The notes below the pieces were generated by a model. The model did no database searches, was not told the origin of the DNA, and was given only the letters and a program-made list of their open reading frames with translations. A stretch of DNA of 64,000 nt, from NCBI GenBank assembly GCA_963715195.1, contig CAVQRT010000003.1:96001-160000 (forward strand), read 5' to 3'. Origin of the DNA: Thermodesulfovibrionales bacterium. GTDB taxonomy: Bacteria; Nitrospirota; Thermodesulfovibrionia; Thermodesulfovibrionales; SM23-35. The translations under genes were made by a program, and so were the position numbers. Below, one piece after another: positions 53,098-63,191 of this stretch (positions within the stretch are counted from its first letter, which is position 1; each line of letters opens with the position of its first letter).

Positions 53098-53732
53098 AAC
53101 TATTCACCTGCTATCCGATTTCTGAAGAATTCCCAATGAAAGTACATTGTCATGCTGAACTCGGTTCAGCATCTCATACAATCAATTGGATAGAGATCCC
53201 GAAACAAGTTCGGGATGACAATCAACAGTTTCCCGCGGCCGGAAATTCAATCAGTTTTGTCTATTAACTTATATTTTCCGCACTTTGTCAAGCGCTTCAT
53301 GCAAGAAATGTCTTTATTTTCATAAGGTTAATTTGTTCATGTTGACCCAAAAACCGCAGTTTACTGAGAAGATAAGCCTATAAAACCAAGCCAGTCAAGG
53401 CATTTCGATAAGATGTTGCACATTATCGTTTTTTCCCGTATGATGTGCTTTATTGCCGTTAAGGAATCGGTTAGCTCTTTCCATGGGTAAAGGGACTTGA
53501 CGAAACAAGACCCGGCTTTTTTGATACTGAAAATCAGGCAGATCGGATCTGTTACGGGCAGATTCGGTTTGGTCGCTTCTCTTGCTCTCGGGGTCTCGCT
53601 TTATATCGTAACTGCCTTTCTTATCATCGGCATGAAAAAATGTTGAGAAAGGCTGATAAGATTAATTGCTCAGGATAGAGAGGGGAATGATGATAACAGC
53701 TACAATAGGGATTCAAAAAAAAGGGAGAACGG

Positions 53733-54779
53733 ATGAAAGATAAGAAGATTCGCCGTTTCATCATAGGTCTTTTTATCGCGGTCGTGGCAATTACCGGCAT
53801 CTGGCTGTGGCAGTCCTTAAATCACAGGACCTCGGACAAAGGCCTTGTCCTCTATGGCAATGTGGACATCCGTCAGGTTGATCTGGCATTTAATGCAAAT
53901 GAGAGGATATTACAGGTGCTCGCGGAGGAGGGAGACAGAGTGGAAAAGGGGAAGCTCCTCGCAACACTCGAAACAAACCGGCTGCTTCATGAAGTCGCAC
54001 GTGCCAGGGCGCAGGTAAGTTCTCAGAGAGAAATTGTTGCACGGTTGGAAGCCGGCAGCCGGCCGGAGGAAATCCGCAAAGCACGCGCAGACATGAAAGC
54101 GGCTGAAGCAGAGGCAAAGAACGCTGAAACCAACTATCAACGTATGAGATCACTGGCGGAAGAAAGATCGGTAACGATTAAGCAAAGAGATGATGCTGAA
54201 GCAGCTGCAGCATTCGCAGCTGCACGGGTACAGGCAGCCAGAGAGGTGCTGGAACTTGCGCTTAAAGGCCCGCGCAAAGAGGATATAGCCTCGGCAAAAG
54301 CCTCTCTGAAAGCGTATGAAGAAGAGCTTGCGGTATCGGAGCAGAGACTGGAGTATGCTTCTCTGTATGCGCCGTCTGACGGAGTAATTCAAAACCGCAT
54401 CATGGAACCGGGAGATATGGCTTCCCCGCTGAAACCTGTCTTTACCCTTGCGCTTACCGACCCGGTATGGGTGCGGGCATATGTATCCGGACCTGATCTT
54501 GGGAAAGTGAAATTAGGGATGAACGCAGATGTCCGTACAGACAGTTTTCCGGGCAAAACGTATAAAGGCTGGATCGGCTTTTTATCTCCAACAGCCGAGT
54601 TCACGCCAAAATCTGTTGAAACGACAGAATTGAGAACCAAGCTTGTCTATCAGATAAGGATTTTTGTCTGCAATCCGCAGAACGAGCTTCGTCTGGGTAT
54701 GCCTGCCACGGTAACCATTCCCCTGGATCAGGTTCCCGGAGAAGCCTCTCCTGAACAGAATCGCTGCAAAAACCCCTGA
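53733..54779 (+). CDS. HlyD-family membrane fusion protein (YbhG-like)
   Basis: LYGNVDIRQVDLAF, EEGDRV, GSRPEEI, APSDG, WVRAYV, AEFTPKSVET.ELRT.LVY, LRLGMP. Confidence 0.92.
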   Translation: MKDKKIRRFIIGLFIAVVAITGIWLWQSLNHRTSDKGLVLYGNVDIRQVDLAFNANERILQVLAEEGDRVEKGKLLATLETNRLLHEVARARAQVSSQREIVARLEAGSRPEEIRKARADMKAAEAEAKNAETNYQRMRSLAEERSVTIKQRDDAEAAAAFAAARVQAAREVLELALKGPRKEDIASAKASLKAYEEELAVSEQRLEYASLYAPSDGVIQNRIMEPGDMASPLKPVFTLALTDPVWVRAYVSGPDLGKVKLGMNADVRTDSFPGKTYKGWIGFLSPTAEFTPKSVETTELRTKLVYQIRIFVCNPQNELRLGMPATVTIPLDQVPGEASPEQNRCKNP

Positions 54780-56572
54780 TGGTGGACCAACATCCACAAG
54801 TCATCTCCAAAGCCGAAAACAGTGATGCAGTCATCACGCTTACTGATATCAGCAAGTCCTTTGTTTCAGGGAAAAGAACAGTTCAGGCGCTGAATAATGT
54901 AAATGCACTTGTCCAGGGAAGTAGGATAACCGGTCTTGTCGGACCTGACGGTTCAGGCAAGACAACCGTTATGAGACTGATCGTCGGACTTTTGTCGCCG
55001 GATAAAGGCACAGTAACCGTCCTCGGAAGAGATGCAACAGTTGAATCATTGCTGGTACAGGCTTCTGTCGGATATATGCCTCAGAGATTCGGCCTGTATG
55101 AAGACCTTACCGTTTCAGAGAATCTCAACCTTTATGCGGATCTTCAGGGCGTGCCAAGGGATGCACGGAATGAACGCTTCGGGGAGCTCATGCATATGAC
55201 AGGACTGGGGCCTTTTGTTTCCCGCCTGGCAGGACGCCTGTCCGGAGGAATGAAGCAGAAGCTCGGCCTGGCGTGTACCCTCGTGAAGTCCCCGCAACTC
55301 CTGATTCTGGATGAACCAACAGTGGGTGTTGACCCTGTGTCGCGCCGGGAACTCTGGTCAATAGTCTACCGCTTAGTGCGCGAGGAGGGAATGAGTGTTC
55401 TCCTGAGCACATCGTACCTCGACGAAGCAGAACGCTGCAATGAAGTGATCATGATGTTTGAGGGACAGATCCTCGGTCAGGATCTGCCTGCAAAGTTCAG
55501 CAGCGCAATGGAAGGCCGAACATACACTGTCACCGTGCCGGGAATGAAAAGCCGTGTTCTTCAGAAGAAACTTCTTGCACTCTCAGAGGTAACAGATGCG
55601 ATTGTCCAGGGTGACCATGTGCGCCTCGTCATGGCAACGGAGGAAGGTATCGAAGCTGCCGGGCTCCTGCCGGGAAGAGAAATTGTTTCACTCAAGCCCG
55701 TGAAGCCGCGCTTCGAAGATGGGTTCGTTGCAATACTCAGACAACAGCGTTCATCAAGATTTTCCGATAGAGAGAAAAACATGCAATCCGTTCCGTCTCC
55801 CGAAGGAAACGGAACAGACGTTATTGAAGTAAAAGGCCTGAAGCGCAGGTTCGGAGATTTCTATGCGGTGAAAGGGATAACTTTCTCGGTAAAAAGAGGA
55901 GAAGTCTTCGGTCTTCTGGGTCCGAACGGTGCGGGCAAATCAACGACGTTCAGGATGATGTGCGGGTTGTTGCCGCCGACCGACGGCATGTTAAGTGTTG
56001 CAGGACATGATCTGAGACGCGCTCCTGCCGCAGCCCGCGCGCATATCGGATACATGTCTCAGAAGTTTTCCTTATACGGCAACCTGAGTGTCAGAGAGAA
56101 CCTTCATTTTTTCAGCAGTGTCTACGGCATGGCGGGAGCAGCCGGTCATGAAAGAATTCAGTGGGCGCTGGATCAGTTCGAGCTCGGAGATTATGCAGAA
56201 TCTTCGAGCAGCGATCTTTCGCTGGGGCACAAACAGAGGCTTGCCATGGCCTGTTCCCTCATGCACGAACCGGAAATACTCTTTCTCGACGAACCCACCT
56301 CGGGTGTCGATCCGCTGGCGCGGAGGGAATTCTGGCAGCGCATTAACTCACTGGCGGAACAAGGCGTAACAGTAATGGTGACCACACATTTCATGGAAGA
56401 AGCGGATTACTGCGACAGGCTGGCTATTATCGCTTCAGGCAATATCCTCGCGCTTGGAACACCTTCAGAGATCAAGTCAGAAACCAAATCTGCCGAGATC
56501 CCTGAGCCGACCATGGAAGACGCCTTTATCAGCCTCATAAAGAAAAGCGAACAGGAACACCATAAATCATGA
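54779..56572 (+). CDS. ABC transporter, duplicated ATP-binding protein (YbhF-like)
   Basis: Two NBDs: GPDGSGKTT/LSGGMKQ/LDEPT and GPNGAGKST/LSLGHKQR/LDEPT. Confidence 0.93.
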   Translation: MVDQHPQVISKAENSDAVITLTDISKSFVSGKRTVQALNNVNALVQGSRITGLVGPDGSGKTTVMRLIVGLLSPDKGTVTVLGRDATVESLLVQASVGYMPQRFGLYEDLTVSENLNLYADLQGVPRDARNERFGELMHMTGLGPFVSRLAGRLSGGMKQKLGLACTLVKSPQLLILDEPTVGVDPVSRRELWSIVYRLVREEGMSVLLSTSYLDEAERCNEVIMMFEGQILGQDLPAKFSSAMEGRTYTVTVPGMKSRVLQKKLLALSEVTDAIVQGDHVRLVMATEEGIEAAGLLPGREIVSLKPVKPRFEDGFVAILRQQRSSRFSDREKNMQSVPSPEGNGTDVIEVKGLKRRFGDFYAVKGITFSVKRGEVFGLLGPNGAGKSTTFRMMCGLLPPTDGMLSVAGHDLRRAPAAARAHIGYMSQKFSLYGNLSVRENLHFFSSVYGMAGAAGHERIQWALDQFELGDYAESSSSDLSLGHKQRLAMACSLMHEPEILFLDEPTSGVDPLARREFWQRINSLAEQGVTVMVTTHFMEEADYCDRLAIIASGNILALGTPSEIKSETKSAEIPEPTMEDAFISLIKKSEQEHHKS

Positions 56573-57732
56573 AAGATAAGACCGGAGAATTCAGTCCTGT
56601 CGAAGTCCGGAGAGCAGCCGGCAGGATGCGTCTCCGGGGTCTTGTGCGAAAAGAATTTCTTCAGATCCTGCGGGACCCCAGCAGCATCGCGATCGCTTTT
56701 CTTATGCCGGTCCTGCTCCTGTTCCTGTTCGGTTACGGCGTATCACTCGATGCAGAACATGTGCCGGTCGGAATTGTGGTCGAAAAGCCTGATCAGGACA
56801 CTTCACGGTTTATCGGTTCTTTCATGCAGTCACGTTACTTCGAGCCTGTTCTCATGTTCAGCATGGCTGAAGCAGTTCACGCTCTGGAGTCAGGCACTGT
56901 GGATGCTGTCATTCACCTGAGGCAGGATTTTTCAAAAACCCTGAAGGCTTCCCGGGATGCGCCTGTCCAGGTGATCGTCAACGGAGTGGATGCGAATACC
57001 GCCCGCATCATTTCCGGATACATAGAAGGTGCATGGATCAGGTGGCTTGGTCACGAAGCGAAAGCAACCGGCACCGATCTCAGAATACCAGTGCAGATTG
57101 AGCAACGGGTATGGTTCAACAGCGAACTCAGAAGCCGCAATTACCTCATCCCCGGATTGATAGCCATCATCATGACGCTGATCGGCGCCCTGCTGACCGC
57201 CATGGTTATGGCCCGTGAGTGGGAACGCGGCACAATGGAAGCGCTTATGGTTACCCCTGTTGCGCAAAGAGAAATACTGATTGGTAAGCTCATTCCCTAC
57301 TTTGCTCTGGGCATAGGGGGTATGGCGCTGTCTGTGCTTCTGGCGATCTTTTTGTTTGACGTGCCGTTGAGAGGTTCAGTCTTCGTTCTCTTTGCAGCCT
57401 CATCGCTTTTCCTGCTCACTGCACTGGGGATGGGTCTTCTTATCTCGATTCTTGCGAAGAACCAGTTTGTCGCCGGTCAGGCAGCAATAATCGTGACATT
57501 CCTCCCCGCTTTTATTCTCTCCGGGTTCATCTTCGATATCAACAGTATGCCCGCGCCAATACAGGTGATCACACATATTATTGCGGCACGCTACTTCGTA
57601 GCGATTCTCCAGACAATATTCCTCGCGGGCACTATCTGGTCTGTGATCGCATGGAATTCACTGGCCCTTGTCATCATGTCAACGTTTTTTCTCGGGATCA
57701 CCCGGCGGAAGTTTCGCAAACGTCTTGAATAG
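56569..57732 (+). CDS. ABC-2 permease (YbhS-like)
   Basis: KEFLQILRDPSS, LFGYGVSLD, WFN, AREWERGTMEAL, LSGFIF. Confidence 0.92.
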   Translation: MKDKTGEFSPVEVRRAAGRMRLRGLVRKEFLQILRDPSSIAIAFLMPVLLLFLFGYGVSLDAEHVPVGIVVEKPDQDTSRFIGSFMQSRYFEPVLMFSMAEAVHALESGTVDAVIHLRQDFSKTLKASRDAPVQVIVNGVDANTARIISGYIEGAWIRWLGHEAKATGTDLRIPVQIEQRVWFNSELRSRNYLIPGLIAIIMTLIGALLTAMVMAREWERGTMEALMVTPVAQREILIGKLIPYFALGIGGMALSVLLAIFLFDVPLRGSVFVLFAASSLFLLTALGMGLLISILAKNQFVAGQAAIIVTFLPAFILSGFIFDINSMPAPIQVITHIIAARYFVAILQTIFLAGTIWSVIAWNSLALVIMSTFFLGITRRKFRKRLE

Positions 57733-57741
57733 AGAATAGAC

Positions 57742-58851
57742 ATGTGGAAACGAGTTTTTGCTCTTACCATAAAAGAATTTCTTGCCCTGCTGAAAGACAA
57801 GAAAAGCAGACTGGTGGTGTTCATCCCTCCCCTGGTGCAGTTGCTCGTCTTCGGCTATGCGGCAACCTTCGACCTGAAGAATGTTCCGTTTGCCGTATAC
57901 AATGAGGACAGTGGAATTGCATCACGGGAACTTCTTGCCCGCTTCAGGGGTTCTCAGAATTTCACCGAAGTCGCTACAATCTATAGTGAAGGGGAACTCT
58001 CCCGCATCATTAACCGGCAAGAAGCGCTCCTTGTGGTTCATATCGGCCCTGAATTCAGCCGCAATCTCTTAAAAGGCCGGCCAGGCTCTGTGCAAATCAT
58101 TATAGACGGCAGGAACTCGAATACGGCCATGCTCGCGCTGAATTATCTAAGGACCATAGTGAACGAGTTTAACAGAACGTGGATCGAACGTTCAGGAGGA
58201 ACGGGATTTCCAGCCCGCCTTGTGATCCGGGCCTGGTTCAATTCCAATCTGGAGAGCCGATGGTTCATTGTCCCTGGCATTATAGGACTTCTCACCCTTG
58301 TGGTTACTACAGTGGTCACCGCCCTCTCGGTCGCCCGGGAACGTGAACAGGGGACATTCGACCAATTGCTGGTAACTCCAATTCGACCGGTTGAAATCAT
58401 CATAGGGAAGAGCCTCCCCGGATTCTTTATCGGACTTGCAGAAGCAACAGTGATCATCCTTGCGACTGTATTCTGGTTCGATATCCCTCTGCGTGGAAAT
58501 GTGCTGACACTCTATACAGGGGTAATCCTCTTCATCCTGTCCGCCATTGGGATAGGACTTATGATATCCTCCCTTGCGGTCACCCAGCAGCAGGGATTAT
58601 TGGGCGCTTTCCTGTTTCTTGTCCCTGCTGTAATTCTGTCAGGCTTCACGACGCCAATTGCCAATATGCCACCGTTACTGCAGGACCTTACACTCCTCAA
58701 CCCCCTGAGATATTTCATGGTGATTTTGCGTGGAGTTTTTCTGGAAGGAAAGCCCTTTCATATGCTGATCAATCAATTCTGGCCAATGGCCATGATCGGC
58801 ATGGCGAATCTTTCTATTGCAGGATGGCTCTTCCGCCATCGCCTCTATTAA
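57742..58851 (+). CDS. ABC-2 permease (YbhR-like)
   Basis: KEFLALLKD, FGYAAT, DGRNSNTA, AREREQGTFDQLLVTP, LSGFTTPIANMP. Confidence 0.92.
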   Translation: MWKRVFALTIKEFLALLKDKKSRLVVFIPPLVQLLVFGYAATFDLKNVPFAVYNEDSGIASRELLARFRGSQNFTEVATIYSEGELSRIINRQEALLVVHIGPEFSRNLLKGRPGSVQIIIDGRNSNTAMLALNYLRTIVNEFNRTWIERSGGTGFPARLVIRAWFNSNLESRWFIVPGIIGLLTLVVTTVVTALSVAREREQGTFDQLLVTPIRPVEIIIGKSLPGFFIGLAEATVIILATVFWFDIPLRGNVLTLYTGVILFILSAIGIGLMISSLAVTQQQGLLGAFLFLVPAVILSGFTTPIANMPPLLQDLTLLNPLRYFMVILRGVFLEGKPFHMLINQFWPMAMIGMANLSIAGWLFRHRLY

Positions 58852-59005
58852 TCCAATAACCCATAAATGTAGATAGGATGAATAAAATTATTTTTGATAC
58901 CTTAAGGAGAATCTTTGTTGATTATTATTTGGGGTAAATACAGTTTTCATGTTGACAATGGTTACAAGGCTCTTTAAACTTTACTCTGAAACGAGGCCAT
59001 AGAGA

Positions 59006-60307
59006 ATGAAATATCTTTGTTTTGCTTCTCTCCGTAGAGTCCTGATATTTTTGCTTGTTCTTCTTCCTGGTCTTCCTGCAGTGTATGCAGAGACTCTTGA
59101 GGATGCATGGAACATCGCGCTCGCATCCGATCACCGTTTGCAGGCAAGCCGTATGAATGTCGAATCAAGCAAACAAACTTTGTCGGCAGCGAAGGCAGCG
59201 CGCTACCCTGCCCTCTCCTTAGAAAGTGGATATACCCTTCTGAACAATGCCCCGGCAGCAGTCCTTGATGAACCCATGGCAGCAATTGATCGTATACCTA
59301 CAGGTGAGGACAAGAGCCTCTCTTATAAGACCACCATGACCCTTCCCCTTTTCACAAGCGGGCGTTTAAGTAAAGGAATTGATACAGCGATCTCAACCCT
59401 TAACAGTGTCATTCAGGATGAAGTGAAAACGCTTCTCGATCTGAAATTGAATGTTGCCGAGGCTTATATCTCGGTCCTGCGGGCACAACGCCTTGTTGGG
59501 GTCGCGGAGACAAATGTGTCGAGCCTCGTATCATATGCAACTGATGTGAAAAACTTTTATGAACAGGGTATGGTCACGAAAAATGACATGCTTGCGGCAG
59601 AGGTCTCGCTCGCTGACGCACGCCAGCGGCTGACTCAGGCTTCGAACGCTTTGAACATCGCCAGGGCCTCTTACAACAGACTGTTGGGACGCCCTCTTGA
59701 TCAACAGTTGAATATCGATGATTTTTCAACCGAACCGGTTAGACCGGATTTTGAGAATCTGAAATCGAAGGCTTTGGAGAAACGGCCTGAACTCATCTCC
59801 CTGTCTGAGCAGGCGCGGGCACTCCAGTATCAGGCCTCCGGCATTCGATCATCCACATTGCCTCAGCTCTTGCTCTCCGGTGGATACAGTTTTACCCAAA
59901 ACAAGTATCAGGTTTACGAGGATGTCTGGTCGGCCACTTTAGGACTCAGATGGGATATTTTTGACGGCGGGATATCGCGGCACAATGCGAGTGCGCTCAT
60001 GCAAAAAGCAGAAGCCCTGAATGAAGTCCGCAAAGACACTGCCTCACTCATATCCCTGCAGGTCCGTCAGGCATGTCTTGATATTGATGAATCTTACAAA
60101 CGCATCGAGGTAACACGCGAGGCTGTTTCCCAGTCAGAGGAGAATCTCAAGGTTGCAAAAGACCGCTACCGGGAGGGAGTCGGCACAAATACGGAAGTCC
60201 TTGATGCAGAAACCCTCAGGACAAGGAGTTACAGCAACCATTACAATGCTTTGTATGATGCTGCGCTGTCAAACATACGGTTAAAATATGTAACGGGAGA
60301 ATTGTGA
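59006..60307 (+). CDS. TolC-family outer-membrane efflux protein
   Basis: Signal peptide, YPALSL, PLFTSG, RPEL, WDIFDGG, RYREGVGTNTEVLDAE; follows the ABC exporter. Confidence 0.9.
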   Translation: MKYLCFASLRRVLIFLLVLLPGLPAVYAETLEDAWNIALASDHRLQASRMNVESSKQTLSAAKAARYPALSLESGYTLLNNAPAAVLDEPMAAIDRIPTGEDKSLSYKTTMTLPLFTSGRLSKGIDTAISTLNSVIQDEVKTLLDLKLNVAEAYISVLRAQRLVGVAETNVSSLVSYATDVKNFYEQGMVTKNDMLAAEVSLADARQRLTQASNALNIARASYNRLLGRPLDQQLNIDDFSTEPVRPDFENLKSKALEKRPELISLSEQARALQYQASGIRSSTLPQLLLSGGYSFTQNKYQVYEDVWSATLGLRWDIFDGGISRHNASALMQKAEALNEVRKDTASLISLQVRQACLDIDESYKRIEVTREAVSQSEENLKVAKDRYREGVGTNTEVLDAETLRTRSYSNHYNALYDAALSNIRLKYVTGEL

Positions 60308-60413
60308 GAAAAGCAGGGTTCGAGGATTCGAGGGTTCAAGGATTCAGGTGACAAAGCAAAGACGATTCTTTTCCACTTGACCCCTGGAATCCTGGACCCC
60401 TTGGACCCTGTTG

Positions 60414-60977
60414 TTAAAATATTAGTCCTATCTGTCCGCCGAATCTTTGATTGCTGTAGTTCTTATTCGTGTCACTTCCCTTATCGGTAAATTGTATCTT
60501 TGCGTTGATGCCTAGAAATACCTTACCGATCGTTAGATTTATGTCGCCAAAAAACTGACCGCCGAACAGCCATTCATCCGTCGAATCTGACCCTGAGAAC
60601 TCTTCTTTGGCATAATTGAAAGAACCGCCGGCACCGAAATCCATGATGAGATGATTGATGATTCTGACCGCGTATTTCAGATTTAATTCAATAGGGATGA
60701 AAATAACATCAGAATTTGTTGTGGCTCCGAAAATTGTTACCTTCCCATCATTACTCGTATACCCGACCTCAGCCCCGAGATACAGGTTTTTCTCTATCTC
60801 TTTGTACCCTTCAGCACCGACATACACCCCGTCATCAGTAGCACCATCAAAATGAATCGAATCAATTTTTACCGCGAAATTGTTTCTTCCCAGCGTCATC
60901 TTTTCGGCTGCAAAAGCATCTGCGGATAAAAGTGCAAAAGATGCTGCTACTAAAACCGCTATGACTATTTTTTTCAT
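60414..60977 (-). CDS. Small outer-membrane beta-barrel protein
   Basis: Signal MKKIVIAVLVAASFALLSADAFA, alternating aromatic strands, C-terminal Phe; GGAGG RBS before ATG 60977. Confidence 0.75.
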   Translation of the reverse strand: MKKIVIAVLVAASFALLSADAFAAEKMTLGRNNFAVKIDSIHFDGATDDGVYVGAEGYKEIEKNLYLGAEVGYTSNDGKVTIFGATTNSDVIFIPIELNLKYAVRIINHLIMDFGAGGSFNYAKEEFSGSDSTDEWLFGGQFFGDINLTIGKVFLGINAKIQFTDKGSDTNKNYSNQRFGGQIGLIF

Positions 60978-61134
60978 CCAACCCTCCTGTGAGATATAAA
61001 TTACTGTGGATACACTGTACAATTTTCCTGGCACACTGTCAATAAACCCTCTCGCTAAAATTGTATAATAACAACCACATGGTGAAAAGTTGTCGATTTC
61101 ACCCTAACGCATCACTTTCCAAAAGGAGGAACCC

Positions 61135-61797
61135 ATGGATGCAATAGAGTGCATTAAGACAAGAATGAGCATCAGAAAATTCAAACCAGACCCGGTACCT
61201 GCCGATCTTCTCCTGAAAATCATCGATGAAGCCAAGTGGAGCCCGTCATACAAAAACAGCCAACCCTGGGAAGTTGTCATCATATCGGGTGCGAAAAAAG
61301 AGGCCCTCTCCAGTATGCTCGTCGAACTGCTCGAAAAGGGCATTGAACCGCAGCCGGATCTTCCAGCGCCGCTCTCATGGCCACCTGTGATAAGCGCAAG
61401 GATTGATGCGCTCATGAAAAAGCGAAGCCAGGAAACTGGCAAAGACCTGAACGATCCCGAGGTGAGAACAAAATCCAAAAAGGCAAACTTCAGATTCTAT
61501 GGGGCCCCGCACGGGATGCTTCTTTTTCAGGATGCACAGCTGACAGGCTGGTCGATATTCGATATGGGTCTGTTCGCCCAGAGTCTGATGCTCGCGGCCC
61601 ATGCTCATGGACTCGGTACCGTACCCCAGGCATTCCTTACCGATTACGCCAATGAGGTAAAGAAGTTTCTGGATATTGCCGAAACAAAAAGAATGGTGCT
61701 CGGCATATCAATCGGGTATCCTGACCTGGAGTCGCCGGTAAACTCCTTCAGGACCGACAGAGTAGAGACATCCGAGATTGTAAAATTGTTATCATGA
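61135..61797 (+). CDS. Nitroreductase family protein
   Basis: IKTRMSIRKF, SPSYKNSQPW, FYGAP, QSLMLAAHAHGLGT, IGYPD. Confidence 0.92.
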   Translation: MDAIECIKTRMSIRKFKPDPVPADLLLKIIDEAKWSPSYKNSQPWEVVIISGAKKEALSSMLVELLEKGIEPQPDLPAPLSWPPVISARIDALMKKRSQETGKDLNDPEVRTKSKKANFRFYGAPHGMLLFQDAQLTGWSIFDMGLFAQSLMLAAHAHGLGTVPQAFLTDYANEVKKFLDIAETKRMVLGISIGYPDLESPVNSFRTDRVETSEIVKLLS

Positions 61798-62640
61798 CGG
61801 TTTTTTCCCCGTTTGGAAAGCATGCACAACGCTTGCTGCCACTTCTTCGATAGCCCTGTTTGAAACATCCACAATCCTCCAGCGAGGATACTGTTTGAAG
61901 AACGTCTGGCACCATTCGATCTCATCGAAGACCTTTACAGGATCTGCATATCGTGCCTCGGGCTCCAGTCCAAGCTGCTTCAGCCTTGCCTCTCTGAGTT
62001 TGACAAGACTTTCAACGCTGATAATCAAACCGAAGATTTTCCGCTGGTTGATCTGATTCAGCTCCCGGGGTGTCTCCATATCGGGATGCACAGGAATATT
62101 CGCAACTTTCCAACCCTGGTTAGCCATATAGGTCGATAACGGCGTTTTTCCCGTCCGCGAGAGGCCGATCAGGACAATATCAGCGAGATGAAGACCTTGC
62201 GGCAGCTTGCCGTCATCATGCTTGACAGCGAAATTGATTGCCTCGATCCTCCGGAAATATTCTTCGTCCAGGATATACTGCCTGCCGGGTATCTCCAGCG
62301 GCTTTTCCTTCAGGAATATGGATAATTGGATGATGAAGTTTCCGATGACATCGATTGCCTTTATTCCCCTGCGGTCCGCTTCTTTGATGAGAAAATCCCT
62401 TAAGCTTGGCTGCACAATGCTGAAGGCTATAAGTGCATCGTCGTCTGCAGCATGTTTGATAATTCTCGAAAGGTACGGTTCACCCGTTGCCAGAAAAAAC
62501 GGTTTGACCTCGATGTGTTCACGGTTGAACTGGGCAAGAGATGCCCGTGCAATCCTACTGATCGTCTCGCCGGTTCCCTCACCGACGAGATAAATAACTT
62601 TCTTGCCGTGAGCTTTTTTTGTTGGTGATGATTTTTTCAT
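61792..62640 (-). CDS. ppsR: PEP synthase/PPDK regulatory kinase-pyrophosphorylase
   Basis: GTGET, YFRRIEAINFAVKHDDG, GLSRTGKTPLS.YMA, KVANIP, AIEEVA. Confidence 0.9.
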   Translation of the reverse strand: MKKSSPTKKAHGKKVIYLVGEGTGETISRIARASLAQFNREHIEVKPFFLATGEPYLSRIIKHAADDDALIAFSIVQPSLRDFLIKEADRRGIKAIDVIGNFIIQLSIFLKEKPLEIPGRQYILDEEYFRRIEAINFAVKHDDGKLPQGLHLADIVLIGLSRTGKTPLSTYMANQGWKVANIPVHPDMETPRELNQINQRKIFGLIISVESLVKLREARLKQLGLEPEARYADPVKVFDEIEWCQTFFKQYPRWRIVDVSNRAIEEVAASVVHAFQTGKKPS

Positions 62641-62649
62641 TGTGTAATC

Positions 62650-62745
62650 TCCCCCCGCCCCTCTTTCTGAAAGAGGGGGTTCATTACATTTTCCCCTTTT
62701 GATTTGAAAGCTCCCCCTTTTTTAAAGGGGGAAATAGGGGGATTA
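62650..62745. repeat. Pair of CCCCT..AAAGGGGG-type palindromes
   Basis: cccctctttctgaaagagggg and ccccctttttttaaaggggg-like hairpins; a similar core lies inside the 49515/50449 elements. Confidence 0.6.
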
Positions 62746-62801
62746 CTGATCCAACCCATGATCCCCATTATTTTTCACATCAACTCTTTAATGAATCGAT
62801 C

Positions 62802-63191
62802 TCAATACTTCCTCATGAAAAATATCGAATTCCCATTTTTCATCAATGTCAACCCTTCCGGATACTCCGAAGACAGTGGTTTCACGATCGCGTCAGCTGA
62901 AATGGTTTTTGCCAGTACCGTCATATAAGGAACAAGCTCCGCAGGGGTCCTCATTGAATAGAGGACATCAATCCCGTCATAGAGAGACAGATCAGGCCCG
63001 GTAATGTCATCAAGAAAAACGTCAAGCCCATTATGCACATATGGCCTGATATCGGTTGCAAAAACCTTCACCCCCCTCTTCTGCAAAGCGAGTGCAACAT
63101 CAGGAAAAAGGCCGATACCGATTTCTGCAGCGTTCGTGTACCGTTCTGCGATGAAGTCTATGAGACCTTCTACTCTTCTACGTGTCTCCAA
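62802..63191 (-). CDS. UPF0146 family protein
   Basis: EIGIG...VA..L, ATDI, DDITGPDLSLY.G.D.LYSMRTPAEL. Confidence 0.7.
   Translation of the reverse strand: METRRRVEGLIDFIAERYTNAAEIGIGLFPDVALALQKRGVKVFATDIRPYVHNGLDVFLDDITGPDLSLYDGIDVLYSMRTPAELVPYMTVLAKTISADAIVKPLSSEYPEGLTLMKNGNSIFFMRKY

Noticed and set aside
53733..60307. ABC exporter/TolC as the type I secretion system for the giant protein
   Set aside because: It resembles YbhGFSR-type small-molecule exporters, and the surface proteins have Sec-like signal peptides and no RTX repeats.
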